DNA of 64,000 bases. Source: a virus (lineage: Duplodnaviria; Caudoviricetes). Positions 27,109 through 36,609 of this stretch are shown here, in pieces (the stretch's first letter is position 1; every line of letters begins with the position of its first letter). The translations under genes were made by a program, and so were the position numbers. The DNA lies in the IMG/VR virus record IMGVR_UViG_3300021133_000001, positions 32,001-96,000 of that record, one strand, 5' to 3'. The notes beneath the pieces were generated by a model, which saw only the letters and a program-made list of their open reading frames with translations, was not told the origin of the DNA and did no database searches.

Positions 27109-28947
27109 TTATTGTGGAATTCCTTTCAGTATTGTACCATCTTCACGTCTATCGAAGAAATACTTTTGTATCATCTTTAACCAAGTATCTGGCACGTTCT
27201 TTAATTCAAGTATACCTTTACCGTTAATAAAGATTTGCTTAGAAGGATTATACCAGGTCATTAAGAAAGCTCTATCAACATAGCTACGGTTAAATATATC
27301 GCCGTGCCATTCATGGAAGCAATTGCCTTGTGCATATGTTACTAGCTTTTTAGCACCCTTACCTTCACCAGAACCTACAGGTTTGCCCGCAGCCCAATCG
27401 ATAATGTTATTAACCCACTTGTGGTAAGGGGCAAAGTCTGGACAGTTATTTAAACCTAAACCAATTTCAGAGTGTACAGAAAGAGGTGTTTCAAATATAC
27501 CATACATAAACGCTGTATCTCCATGCCCTAATGGACAATAAGGATATAAGCCACCTATTTCTGGTTGCCACATATCTCTTTGTGCAGCTATACCGAAACC
27601 AGGATGCCCAGTCCAGCGTTCATTATTTGGCGGGAACTTACACATAGCCGGTAACTCTTTACCAATTGTACCTACTTCTGTAGTCCAATAACAATGTTCA
27701 AATACTTGACAAACTTTATGATTATCTAAAGCAAATGATGTTTCATCATACCAAGAATTGTTATCTAAGAATACATCGTGGTCAAACCAAGCTATTTTAG
27801 TGTATTTTTCAGGTACTAACTTTTCTGCTAAATTTAATAAACACTCTTTTTGGAATAAGATATTATACTGATTGCCTTTAATGCGAAGCCAATTGTCATT
27901 ACCTTCTGTACTGAAATGATCAGATAAAGATACTTCAACCCCGTACACCGGAATCTGCAATGATTCCATATAACGTAAAAACCTATTTAAGTTAGCTACC
28001 GGTCTCTTGTAACCAGACCAGTTAAAATGACTTGTAATAACAGCCATATCATTACGGTGACGTAGAGTAGGTTTTTTCTTACGCCATTCTTTAAGAAACT
28101 TAACTTCTAGAGTTTCTAAAGATTTAGCTTGATCACTAAATTTAGCTTCTAATTTTACAAAATGTAAAGCCTCTATCATGTTGTGGTGATCTATATCGAT
28201 TTCGTACCACATTTTTGCTATTTGACCACGTACTTTTTGTATAGGTATATTTTTAAGAATTAACATTCTATACAAATCTAAACCTTCATAACGATTGCCT
28301 ATAAAGTTTTCATCCATACCACCTTCATCTAAAAAGCGTTGCTTTCTATAAACAAAAGAATGATCTCCAAACACTGTTTCAAATTGACCTAACGGGTCAT
28401 TATAATCTATAGTAACTTTTTCTCTATTTAGAATCTTAACTGTAGTCTCTTCATCTAATACTTTACATTGGCTGTAGGGTAATATAAAATCATAAACCGG
28501 GTCAAACCAGGAAAATAAACTGTCCCATTTTGTTAAAGCGCATGGATCGTTAACCCATACCCATTCAGTATTAATATGAAACTGAGTAATATAATTAATT
28601 AAAGCTGTACGATGAAATTCTTTATTAACTCCGTCATCAAACTTTTTAGGCCACATTACATACTCAACATTAGGTAGACCTTTAATTAACTCTGAAACAG
28701 TAGAAGGAGTGGGTGTATCAGTTTGTTCTGCTATTACTACTTTACACCCTGTTGCCGCAATAGACGGCAAAATAAACATGAAATTTTTAAGCGCAGATCC
28801 TTTAAGTTTATAAAACGGTATAACAAAAGTAAAGTCTTTCTTGTCAACTCTGTCAACTTGCTCAGGTTCAGCTGGTTGTAGCAGCTCGAGCTCTATATTA
28901 CTTTTGCTAGAATCTAATAACGCAGGTGTTTCGGTTTTTTCTCTCAT
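27109..28947 (-). CDS. Two-domain glycosyltransferase-like protein
   Basis: N-half GGMDENFIG (GT7-like, degenerate); C-half FQKECLLN, AWFDHDV, GHPGFG, GHGDT. Confidence 0.6.
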   Translation of the reverse strand: MREKTETPALLDSSKSNIELELLQPAEPEQVDRVDKKDFTFVIPFYKLKGSALKNFMFILPSIAATGCKVVIAEQTDTPTPSTVSELIKGLPNVEYVMWPKKFDDGVNKEFHRTALINYITQFHINTEWVWVNDPCALTKWDSLFSWFDPVYDFILPYSQCKVLDEETTVKILNREKVTIDYNDPLGQFETVFGDHSFVYRKQRFLDEGGMDENFIGNRYEGLDLYRMLILKNIPIQKVRGQIAKMWYEIDIDHHNMIEALHFVKLEAKFSDQAKSLETLEVKFLKEWRKKKPTLRHRNDMAVITSHFNWSGYKRPVANLNRFLRYMESLQIPVYGVEVSLSDHFSTEGNDNWLRIKGNQYNILFQKECLLNLAEKLVPEKYTKIAWFDHDVFLDNNSWYDETSFALDNHKVCQVFEHCYWTTEVGTIGKELPAMCKFPPNNERWTGHPGFGIAAQRDMWQPEIGGLYPYCPLGHGDTAFMYGIFETPLSVHSEIGLGLNNCPDFAPYHKWVNNIIDWAAGKPVGSGEGKGAKKLVTYAQGNCFHEWHGDIFNRSYVDRAFLMTWYNPSKQIFINGKGILELKNVPDTWLKMIQKYFFDRREDGTILKGIPQ

Positions 28948-28999
28948 ACAGGTTATAATATAATTTAACCTATATTAGAGAATTATCAATATGTAAATC

Positions 29000-29266
29000 T
29001 CAATTATAACCAGCAGACTGGAATATCCACCTTAAATCACCACTAGAATCTTTAGATTTATCTTTCGAATTGAAACTTGTATTGTACGTAATAAGATCTA
29101 ACCCGGTACCGTTAACACCATTATAACGCGCATTTAAGTCTTGCGCACCTGAATTAGTATACAAGCCAGTAGCAGCAGCATTTGGACCTGGACGTACGCC
29201 CGTGCCTATTGCTCTAAATATTGTGTCTAGATCTCCGTGACCGCTTACTCCGTAATTTGATGCCAT
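29000..29266 (-). CDS. 88-aa late protein; stand-alone copy of the N-terminal domain of 48366..49799
   Basis: MASNY...DLDTIF...QDLNARY...DLRWIF; TATAAATA upstream. Confidence 0.7.
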   Translation of the reverse strand: MASNYGVSGHGDLDTIFRAIGTGVRPGPNAAATGLYTNSGAQDLNARYNGVNGTGLDLITYNTSFNSKDKSKDSSGDLRWIFQSAGYN

Positions 29267-29275
29267 GGTTGTATA

Positions 29276-29283
29276 TATTTATA
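29276..29283 (-). promoter_or_regulatory. T4-type late promoter TATAAATA
   Basis: Exact motif 9 nt before ATG 29266. Confidence 0.7.
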
Positions 29284-29286
29284 AGA

Positions 29287-29598
29287 TTAAGATGCAGTAT
29301 ATGTACTATATTTTACGTAATTTGGCCAACCTGGTTTAGCAGGATTGTAATACGCTGAAACACCAACTACATTACCAGCTGATAATGTACCAGCAGCGAG
29401 GTTAACAGATGCACTTACACCTGCAACTACCGTATAAACCGCACCAGGTGTACCCCCTGTTGCATTAATAACAATAGGGGTATAGTCTCCAGCATTTAAG
29501 AAAGCAGCACTAACATTACCGCTACCATCATACAAAAATGCTAGTTGGTTGCATGTTAAATTGCCAACTTTATTTACTGGTACTGCTGATAAGCTCAT
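29287..29598 (-). CDS. Small putative virion protein
   Basis: TAAGTA upstream; beta-rich, five [LV]SA motifs. Confidence 0.65.
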   Translation of the reverse strand: MSLSAVPVNKVGNLTCNQLAFLYDGSGNVSAAFLNAGDYTPIVINATGGTPGAVYTVVAGVSASVNLAAGTLSAGNVVGVSAYYNPAKPGWPNYVKYSTYTAS

Positions 29599-29638
29599 TA
29601 TGTATACTTATCCTAAAGACCTTAAATCTGCATTAACT

Positions 29639-29908
29639 TTACTTACTATTTTGCAGTTTTTTACCCTCTGCAGAAACATAGTTTTTCTTAACATTCTCTA
29701 TAGAACCATGCTTAGCAATAAGCTTACGTATATATGCTAAAGATGTGTATTTGTTGGTTTTATTAGTTACAGGGCAAACAAGGTATAAAGGTAGAGGAAA
29801 TCCGCGAGATTCTTCTTTTTGAGCTTTAGTTGCTGCGCGTTTTGCCGATGGAGCACGACGTTTCTTTTCTACTTGTTGTACAGTGGATTGGTTAATTGTA
29901 TCGTCCAT
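29639..29908 (-). CDS. Small basic hypothetical protein
   Basis: 89 aa; KHGSIENVKKNYVSAEGKK motif shared with 31401..31946. Confidence 0.7.
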   Translation of the reverse strand: MDDTINQSTVQQVEKKRRAPSAKRAATKAQKEESRGFPLPLYLVCPVTNKTNKYTSLAYIRKLIAKHGSIENVKKNYVSAEGKKLQNSK

Positions 29909-29931
29909 AATATTAAATTTATTAAGTTACT

Positions 29932-30252
29932 TCAAGAATTCAATTTAAAAATAATATTTGCATTCATATTTTGAGATGTCACCTCAGCTTTAGGATAGAA
30001 AGTGAGTACAGTTCTAGTAATATGTTCCACTATTTGTTGTGATCTACCCCATACCTCTAATCCTTGATTTGGCTTATTTTTATTAAGTTTAGAGTAATTG
30101 CACCAGAGTAGTAAATCCGATTCATCTTTCTTAAAGTGCACATCGACATTATTAGTCTTTAACACATGAATCATGTCCGGGTTCGGAAAGTTTTTAGAAA
30201 CTTGTTCGTTTTTTGGTTCGGGTGTAGTTGGTTTTTCGTTTTTGGACTTCAT
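29932..30252 (-). CDS. Hypothetical protein
   Basis: 106-aa ORF in minus-strand run. Confidence 0.7.
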   Translation of the reverse strand: MKSKNEKPTTPEPKNEQVSKNFPNPDMIHVLKTNNVDVHFKKDESDLLLWCNYSKLNKNKPNQGLEVWGRSQQIVEHITRTVLTFYPKAEVTSQNMNANIIFKLNS

Positions 30253-30272
30253 ACCAACACTTATATTAAGTG

Positions 30273-30896
30273 TTAATTAAATCCAGCAGCATGTAATGCT
30301 TTTAACCCTTTATTCTTATCAATTATATCCATTCTAACGGATTCAGAGTTATTAGGTCTATAATCATACCAATATAACCAACCATCTGCAATCCCCTCAG
30401 TTTTAAGTAAAGGTTTTAAAGCTTGTGAATAGAATTTATCCTCTCCATAATACAAATCAGGAAAAGGGCATTGTAATGCTAACTTTCTTTTAACCGGATT
30501 AATATGGTTGGTAGGTTTAACAACTAAATTGTTATGTGTTTCGTTCCATTGCTTTTCCCCGTACTGCATTGAACATTCAAAATATTTCAAGTCAGTTAAA
30601 TCAGTAGTTTGAAAACCTCTTATACCAACAGTATCTGGGTTGCTCTTTAAAGCTTCAAGCACATTTCGTACATAATAACGACTGATACGATCATCATCAT
30701 CAATATAAACGATGTAGTCACCAGTAGCCGTTTGTTTTAAGATTTCTCTTTTAGCTCCAATAGTAAGTTGGCCGCTATCACAATAAGGTATAAACTGTAC
30801 CTCTGGGGTAAGCTGTCTGTTAATTTTCTTATAAAGAGAATCGAAGAAATGCTTACGAGAAGTAAGCGTACAAACTAATATAGAAAGTTTAGGCAT
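30273..30896 (-). CDS. GT2 glycosyltransferase
   Basis: LSILVCT, IGAKRE, GDYIVYIDDDD, YGED. Confidence 0.85.
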   Translation of the reverse strand: MPKLSILVCTLTSRKHFFDSLYKKINRQLTPEVQFIPYCDSGQLTIGAKREILKQTATGDYIVYIDDDDRISRYYVRNVLEALKSNPDTVGIRGFQTTDLTDLKYFECSMQYGEKQWNETHNNLVVKPTNHINPVKRKLALQCPFPDLYYGEDKFYSQALKPLLKTEGIADGWLYWYDYRPNNSESVRMDIIDKNKGLKALHAAGFN

Positions 30897-31425
30897 GTGA
30901 TTTAATTTCGTCTATAATACTATCTATTAACGCATGTGTAAAGCCTTCTTCTTTGTTACCATAAAAAGCAGGCACTTGAACATAACCGCTTCTACCAAAT
31001 CTTTTAATAAAAGTTATCTTTTCAAAGTTATCTTTAACATCTAGATCGTCAATAAGAAAGTTTCTACCATGACCTACACCGGTTGGTATGTTATATTTTG
31101 GTTTCTCAATAAACTTCCTATCAAATATTCTATCTTCATTAAAACCAAAGTTAAAAGCTTTGTTCATTGCTATAGCATAGTCTTTAGTAGCTCTTGTAAG
31201 CATATAAAGTTTACCAAAGTCTCTTAAAGCAAATAACAGGTAATTAGCACCAGGGCGTAATACTGTTACGTATTGTTCTTTCTTGCTTAAAGCAATAGTT
31301 ACAGGTTTATCGCAAAGATTAGATTCATCACCAAGATCTCCTGCAATAGTTTTCATACCAAGGGTATGAATTAAGGTTTCGTCTAAATCGACGAATATGT
31401 TTATTGTTTCAGAGGGCATTGGCAA
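30889..31425 (-). CDS. HAD-superfamily (NIF/FCP1-like) phosphatase
   Basis: VDLDETLIHT, LRPG, TRATKDYA, LIDD. Confidence 0.82.
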   Translation of the reverse strand: MPMPSETINIFVDLDETLIHTLGMKTIAGDLGDESNLCDKPVTIALSKKEQYVTVLRPGANYLLFALRDFGKLYMLTRATKDYAIAMNKAFNFGFNEDRIFDRKFIEKPKYNIPTGVGHGRNFLIDDLDVKDNFEKITFIKRFGRSGYVQVPAFYGNKEEGFTHALIDSIIDEIKSHA

Positions 31426-31946
31426 ATATCGTAATACTTACAACCGTGACAATCATCATCAAGATAGATATGAGGCATTAAACAAGCTTCAGCAGTAGTA
31501 GCTGCTAAATCTGTATACGCTGGTTCGCTTCTAAAATAATCTGGGTTACCAGTCCAAGGATACGTGCGTACTCTCTCTTCTTTACCTTCTTCGTTGATTA
31601 CAACTACTGAAGTTTCTGCATGAGAAGCCAGCCTCTTTTTACGCTCTTTTTTAGGCATATTAGGGTGCTTCTTAAGCTTAACATTAATCTTTGGCAGCTT
31701 ATTATTTTTACATTTAGAAGCTAGATCTCTAATCTGTTCTTTTGAGTAACCAGCTTCAAGATACTTCTTAGTTTCTCTTGTAATGTACTCATTAACAAAC
31801 CTTTCAACACTGCCACCGTATTTCTCGGTGACAGTCTTTTTGAAGTAGTCAATAGGAGCAAACGTTTTATGTCCAGAGATATGATCTACTGGATAAACGT
31901 ATTTGCCGTCTTTAGATACGGCTATAAGATTAGTATCAATGTTCAT
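31401..31946 (-). CDS. Hypothetical early protein with C-terminal Cys cluster
   Basis: CLMP...CHGCKYYDICQC; sigma70 promoter directly upstream. Confidence 0.75.
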   Translation of the reverse strand: MNIDTNLIAVSKDGKYVYPVDHISGHKTFAPIDYFKKTVTEKYGGSVERFVNEYITRETKKYLEAGYSKEQIRDLASKCKNNKLPKINVKLKKHPNMPKKERKKRLASHAETSVVVINEEGKEERVRTYPWTGNPDYFRSEPAYTDLAATTAEACLMPHIYLDDDCHGCKYYDICQCPLKQ

Positions 31947-31985
31947 AGGTACAGTATGGTACCTTAACTGTTAATATGCAAGCTT
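31947..31985 (-). promoter_or_regulatory. Sigma70-type promoter with -10 inside an inverted repeat
   Basis: AAGC-TTGCAT-17-CATACT-6-ATG; AGGTAC/GTACCT arms flank the -10. Confidence 0.6.
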
Positions 31986-32286
31986 ATTGTATAGGTGTTT
32001 GTGGTCTTGCCAGTCTACGCTCTTGACTCGGATCATTAGGTTGAGCAAAGTAATGCAAACATTCCTTATCTAACTTTATTGCATTTTTCTTATTAAAGTC
32101 TTGCAGTTCTTTATCAGTTGGATTACTCTTGTTGAGCTTAACACGATTAGGTACCTTTTTACCTATCATATTATGGAAAGTCTTTGCAGTTTCAACAATA
32201 CGTTTAATCTTCCTGCGGTATATAGGTGAGCCATATAACTTCAGAACTTCAGGGTGTAGTTTAGATGGATTGTTTTTAGTTGCCAT
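31984..32286 (-). CDS. Basic hypothetical protein
   Basis: 100 aa; TTGATA-16-TATAAT upstream. Confidence 0.7.
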   Translation of the reverse strand: MATKNNPSKLHPEVLKLYGSPIYRRKIKRIVETAKTFHNMIGKKVPNRVKLNKSNPTDKELQDFNKKNAIKLDKECLHYFAQPNDPSQERRLARPQTPIQ

Positions 32287-32304
32287 ATGTAGTATTATAA
32301 CGTA

Positions 32305-32538
32305 TTATTTTTCTTTATCAATATCTTTTTTACTGTATGTGGGTATGTTCATTAACATTTGCCAATCTTTATCAGAGAAATCGTTTTCGATACCATCGTA
32401 AAACTTATCCTGCTTAAAAATTTCTAATATACATCTATGCTCGTAATCAGTAGTTAAGATCCATTTAGGTTCTTCTCCTCTAAGCATAACAACGGTATAA
32501 TCCTTACCATGCTTAGAAGCTCTTCTTATTACTATCAT
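32305..32538 (-). CDS. Hypothetical protein
   Basis: 77-aa ORF coupled (TAATG) to the dehydrogenase gene. Confidence 0.7.
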   Translation of the reverse strand: MIVIRRASKHGKDYTVVMLRGEEPKWILTTDYEHRCILEIFKQDKFYDGIENDFSDKDWQMLMNIPTYSKKDIDKEK

Positions 32539-33764
32539 TACCTTGTTTTGCCGTAATGTATTACTTTAACTCTTGGATCGTATTTCTTGTCTTTACGCCA
32601 AGGATCAATCACTATACTACCATATGGGAAGTCTATTTCATTTACCCACCAGCTCCAATAACCAATTAAATAAACATCTGCTTTAGAATCAAAAGTAGAG
32701 TCCCCGGTATTAGGATCGTAATAAGTTACTTTACCACCATGCTTTTCAATGTAATGAGCTACTAACAAACTATAAGAACCGTTAGTATAAGGTACATCTG
32801 GTTTATAAGCTTTACCCACAACACAAACCTTTTCACCTTCTTTAACACATCGTAGAGCTAAGTTTTCAGCTTGTATTTCTCTACTAGTCATAATACTGTC
32901 AAACAAGTCGTAACCTAACTCTAAACGCTGTGCTAACCAGCGTAAAGCAATATTATCTCTAGGGTGACACGCACCACCATCACCCATACCAGCAGTCATA
33001 TAAGCTGGACCCATAATACGGTAATCACTGTCTTTTAAAGCATTTGTAACTATATCTACATTAATATTACCATTCTTTTCAGCAACATCTTGTATCATGT
33101 TAACTAAAGCTAGCTTAGTAGATATAAATGTGTTGTAAAATATTTTAATACATTCTGCTTCATCCCAAGTACCGTGTACATAACGAGTATCGCAATCGAT
33201 TATTGTTTCATAAAACTCTGATAACTCTTGTACATCTGCATTGTCTTGTGAACCATCTTTACTGCCCATAATTACCATTTCTGGTCTAACCATATCTTCT
33301 TTTATAGTACCCATCGCTATTAAGTACGGGTTATAAACAAAACGTTTATTAGGTATTAAATTGATAAGCTGATTTCTAACAGTACCAGGCAATACAGTAC
33401 TAATAAGCACGATTAACTGTTTATTAGTAGTCCATAAATTAACTTGACGTAATACGGTTTTAACAATAGAATAATCAAAGTCTTTAGGTTCTAAACGACT
33501 TGTGGGAGTTTCACCACCATATGCAGGATCGTGTGGGGTGGGTACTGCTACAAAGATAATATCTTTACCCTCTATAGCTTCTTTAATGGTATCAACAATC
33601 TTTATGTGTTGAGACTGTATGTTTTTATTGGTGTCGTAACCGTACACTTTATGACCCGCTAAAGCCATAACATCAGCGCAGTCTTTACCAAGCTTACCAA
33701 TGCCAATCATTGCGACTTTTTTACCCATAAATCTATTTATCTCAACAGGTACTATGTGCAACAA
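32538..33764 (-). CDS. ugd: UDP-glucose/GDP-mannose dehydrogenase family protein
   Basis: GIGKLG Rossmann motif, FVAVPTP, ISTVLPGT, AECIKIFYNTF, catalytic GDGGACHPRD, GKAYKP; substrate and start codon uncertain. Confidence 0.85.
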   Translation of the reverse strand: MLHIVPVEINRFMGKKVAMIGIGKLGKDCADVMALAGHKVYGYDTNKNIQSQHIKIVDTIKEAIEGKDIIFVAVPTPHDPAYGGETPTSRLEPKDFDYSIVKTVLRQVNLWTTNKQLIVLISTVLPGTVRNQLINLIPNKRFVYNPYLIAMGTIKEDMVRPEMVIMGSKDGSQDNADVQELSEFYETIIDCDTRYVHGTWDEAECIKIFYNTFISTKLALVNMIQDVAEKNGNINVDIVTNALKDSDYRIMGPAYMTAGMGDGGACHPRDNIALRWLAQRLELGYDLFDSIMTSREIQAENLALRCVKEGEKVCVVGKAYKPDVPYTNGSYSLLVAHYIEKHGGKVTYYDPNTGDSTFDSKADVYLIGYWSWWVNEIDFPYGSIVIDPWRKDKKYDPRVKVIHYGKTR

Positions 33765-33767
33765 CTA

Positions 33768-34424
33768 CTAGTGTTTATGCTTAGCTTTACCGGCTTTCAT
33801 ATTAGCTAACCAGTGAGCCATACGTGCTTTTTCACCTGAAGAGTGTTTCGCAACATTACGTAACGTACTCACACTTGCTTTAGTATTAACACCTGAGCGT
33901 TTAGCTAAACCCTTACGTTCAGGATGTTTACCATCCATGAAATTTTCTCCTTCAATGCCCTGAGTTACAGCTGCATTTACAGTCGGATTATCCCCAGGAG
34001 AGCTCTCATCTTCGTACTTTAGAGGATCATCTGGGGCTTCTTGGTCCTGGGTTGTATCGTAGTATTTGTCGCTACTACCATAACCTAGAGTACTGGTTGT
34101 GCTCTCTGCAGTAGCTGTAGTATCATCAGTCACTTTTTGACTACCATCTAAACCATTTGCATTTTCATCCCAATAATCTTTAAAAGATTTAAATTTCTTT
34201 CTGTTGTATTTTGTTTTGCTTACAAAAGCTTTAGAAGGAGGTGGCATATCTTTACGCACACCAGCCATCACGTCTTTTTGTGTAATTTTACTAGGTGTTT
34301 TCGATTCATCGTGTACATTAGCATGTAAAGCAGCTAGATACTTTTTAACAGGGCCAGTTGTACAACCAACTTTCTTACCTGTATCTTTACGGTATACACA
34401 TTTTCCTCGAGCGACGTACGGCAT
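33768..34424 (-). CDS. Late protein with alternating basic and acidic modules, possibly internal head protein
   Basis: TAAATA upstream; basic modules separated by an acidic linker. Confidence 0.65.
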   Translation of the reverse strand: MPYVARGKCVYRKDTGKKVGCTTGPVKKYLAALHANVHDESKTPSKITQKDVMAGVRKDMPPPSKAFVSKTKYNRKKFKSFKDYWDENANGLDGSQKVTDDTTATAESTTSTLGYGSSDKYYDTTQDQEAPDDPLKYEDESSPGDNPTVNAAVTQGIEGENFMDGKHPERKGLAKRSGVNTKASVSTLRNVAKHSSGEKARMAHWLANMKAGKAKHKH

Positions 34425-34447
34425 ATTAGATATTTATTATAAACATT

Positions 34448-34505
34448 AAAAAAGCCGGTAGCTATAAACACCTATTTCACACCCACTAAAAATAGCTACC
34501 GGCCA
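34448..34505 (-). ncRNA. Candidate small hairpin RNA or orphan terminator
   Basis: Perfect 12-bp stem GCCGGTAGCTAT/ATAGCTACCGGC, 26-nt G/U-rich loop, T6 tail; lies between divergent genes. Confidence 0.45.
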
Positions 34506-34557
34506 ATACATAATTAAGAAGTTATCTATAATATTCCACTATATAGTAAATATTAGT

Positions 34558-35943
34558 ATGTTACTATTGGCAATTATACTGCTTTTAGCTTCTCTTGCTA
34601 TAGCAGCAGTCGGGGCATATTTTAGTATTATAGGTTTGAGTCTGTTATTCGTAGGAGCAGGAGCTTCTATCATGATTATGGGTACCACTTTAGAAGTAGG
34701 TAAACTCGTGGCAGTTACGTTTTTACATCAATATTGGGAAAAAATGAACGTAATGCTAAAAACCTATCTTATAATAGCTTGTTTGGCATTAATGACTATT
34801 ACTTCTTTGGGTATATATGGTTATCTTGCTTCGGGATATAATACTACTTCTATTAAAGTAAAAGATTTGCAGGAACAAATTGAAAATAATAATAAACAAA
34901 TAGAAGTTTATAAGAGCGACATAACCACTCTTTCTATTATACCTAATAATGATAAAGATGTAGTTTTAATTAACATTAATAAAGATAAGCAAGTAGAACA
35001 GGTTACTCAGTTTATAAAACAGAAAGAACTACATATTACTGAAATTAAAGCTACTATTGAGAGTGATAAAAAGAAAGCTATGGAGAGTGTTGCACTTAAT
35101 AGAGCTCAGCTTGACACGAGTGTTAATAGAGTATCTGAACAAATAAAACTTTATAATGATAGGTTATCTATATTAGATAAAGAAATACAAACTTGGTTAG
35201 ATAAAAATGATGATGGTGGTTTCTTTAAAAAGAGCAGTCTTGACAAAGCTCGTATAGTAAAGGAGCAACAAGCTGCTGAAAGAGCTCAAATAGATGCTCA
35301 AATTAAAAATGTACAGGACAAAATAGACAAGCTACATGCAGATAGTGATAAACAGATTAGTTTAATTAATGAGGAGTTAATTGCTTCTGTAAAAGCTAAT
35401 GAAGCTCAAGTAATACAATTGCAATCAGAAATAATCAAAGATAAACAAGACTTTGAACAAATACAAAGTGTTGCTGATACTCGTATTGCTGGGTTAATGT
35501 CTTTAAAAGAAAATAAAATAAAAACTAATCAAGTTAAGGCTAAAGAAGACGAAGCTAAAATAATTAAGTTACAATCAGCGAATAACGTACTTCAATCAAA
35601 GATACTCACTACAGACGTAGGTACATTTAAGTATGTTGCTAAGAACTTAAATTTACAGCTCGATCAAACTGTTACTTGGTTTATTTGGTTAATTATGTGT
35701 GTATTTGATCCGTTAGCGGTATCTTTATTGCTATGCTTCAATGTAATTATTAAAAATTACAGAATGAACAAAGTAGTTAAAAAGATTGAACCTAAGCCAG
35801 AACCTAAACCTTTAGAGCCTGAGAAAACAGACACTACCCCTGTTACAGCTATAAACCCAGAAGAGTTTAAGCTGTTAAAGCAAGTAATAGAAGAGCGTAA
35901 AAAGCAAGAAGCGGTTATCAGCAAGCCAATGGGCAAGCTTTAA
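34558..35943 (+). CDS. Membrane protein with long coiled coil (DUF4407-like architecture)
   Basis: 3 N-terminal TM helices (AYFSIIGL, LEVGKLV, ITSLGIYGYL), coiled coil, C-terminal TM with VFDPLAV. Confidence 0.8.
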   Translation: MLLLAIILLLASLAIAAVGAYFSIIGLSLLFVGAGASIMIMGTTLEVGKLVAVTFLHQYWEKMNVMLKTYLIIACLALMTITSLGIYGYLASGYNTTSIKVKDLQEQIENNNKQIEVYKSDITTLSIIPNNDKDVVLININKDKQVEQVTQFIKQKELHITEIKATIESDKKKAMESVALNRAQLDTSVNRVSEQIKLYNDRLSILDKEIQTWLDKNDDGGFFKKSSLDKARIVKEQQAAERAQIDAQIKNVQDKIDKLHADSDKQISLINEELIASVKANEAQVIQLQSEIIKDKQDFEQIQSVADTRIAGLMSLKENKIKTNQVKAKEDEAKIIKLQSANNVLQSKILTTDVGTFKYVAKNLNLQLDQTVTWFIWLIMCVFDPLAVSLLLCFNVIIKNYRMNKVVKKIEPKPEPKPLEPEKTDTTPVTAINPEEFKLLKQVIEERKKQEAVISKPMGKL

Positions 35944-36167
35944 CCTCTATAGCCAAGCTTTTGTATACCTGAACGGTGACCTGGTCTAGCCATATACTGC
36001 TTAGCTTGTTTAAAGCTATCACCAGTCATTACTTGACAAGTACCTGCAGTCTTATGATCCCACACCATCACACCAAACCTATTTGCTACCTTTTCCCTTG
36101 GAACGTAGTTTGGATCGGGAAGTATTCCCATTTCGATTAGTTTTTTCACCTTTTGGTCTGTATTCAT
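35940..36167 (-). CDS. Hypothetical protein
   Basis: 75-aa ORF overlapping the 3' end of 36079..36597. Confidence 0.6.
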   Translation of the reverse strand: MNTDQKVKKLIEMGILPDPNYVPREKVANRFGVMVWDHKTAGTCQVMTGDSFKQAKQYMARPGHRSGIQKLGYRG

Positions 36168-36597
36168 TTAATATTGCGAATGTTTTTTTCTGTTTCTCAA
36201 TACGATTATATAACCTTCTAGCGAAGTGCAAACCTTTATTTTCAAAATATCTAGCATCTATTTCTAATGGATGACGGTAGTATAGCTTTTCATAATCCGC
36301 TGTCATTGGTACGTGCAATATCTTATCTTGTACGAAATGCCTAAATTCATGTATTATGACTCTGTGAAACTGGCCTATTCTTAAATCAGGTACAATAACA
36401 AAATATGCTCCATCAGAATCATAGTTGTACCAGTTCCATCTACCGTGTTTTACACCTCTTATCTTGATAACAAAGTTTCTTTTCTTTTTAGCTTTGTATA
36501 CAGGATCAAGTATTGCTGAATATACAAGGGAAAGCGTATCCCAGTTAATCATAGGATACGCTTTTCTAATGAGTTTATTTGGTTTGAATATAACCAT
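36079..36597 (-). CDS. Putative zinc metallopeptidase-like protein
   Basis: IIHEFRHFVQ (HExxH) and YYRHPLEIDAR third-ligand motif. Confidence 0.7.
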   Translation of the reverse strand: MVIFKPNKLIRKAYPMINWDTLSLVYSAILDPVYKAKKKRNFVIKIRGVKHGRWNWYNYDSDGAYFVIVPDLRIGQFHRVIIHEFRHFVQDKILHVPMTADYEKLYYRHPLEIDARYFENKGLHFARRLYNRIEKQKKTFAILNEYRPKGEKTNRNGNTSRSKLRSKGKGSK

Positions 36598-36609
36598 AAA
36601 AATGAAGGC

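Noticed and set aside
36079-36167. 89-nt same-strand overlap as an overprinted or recoded gene
   Set aside because: The overlapping tail is low-complexity and looks like a simple run-on of the upstream ORF; no recoding signal seen.
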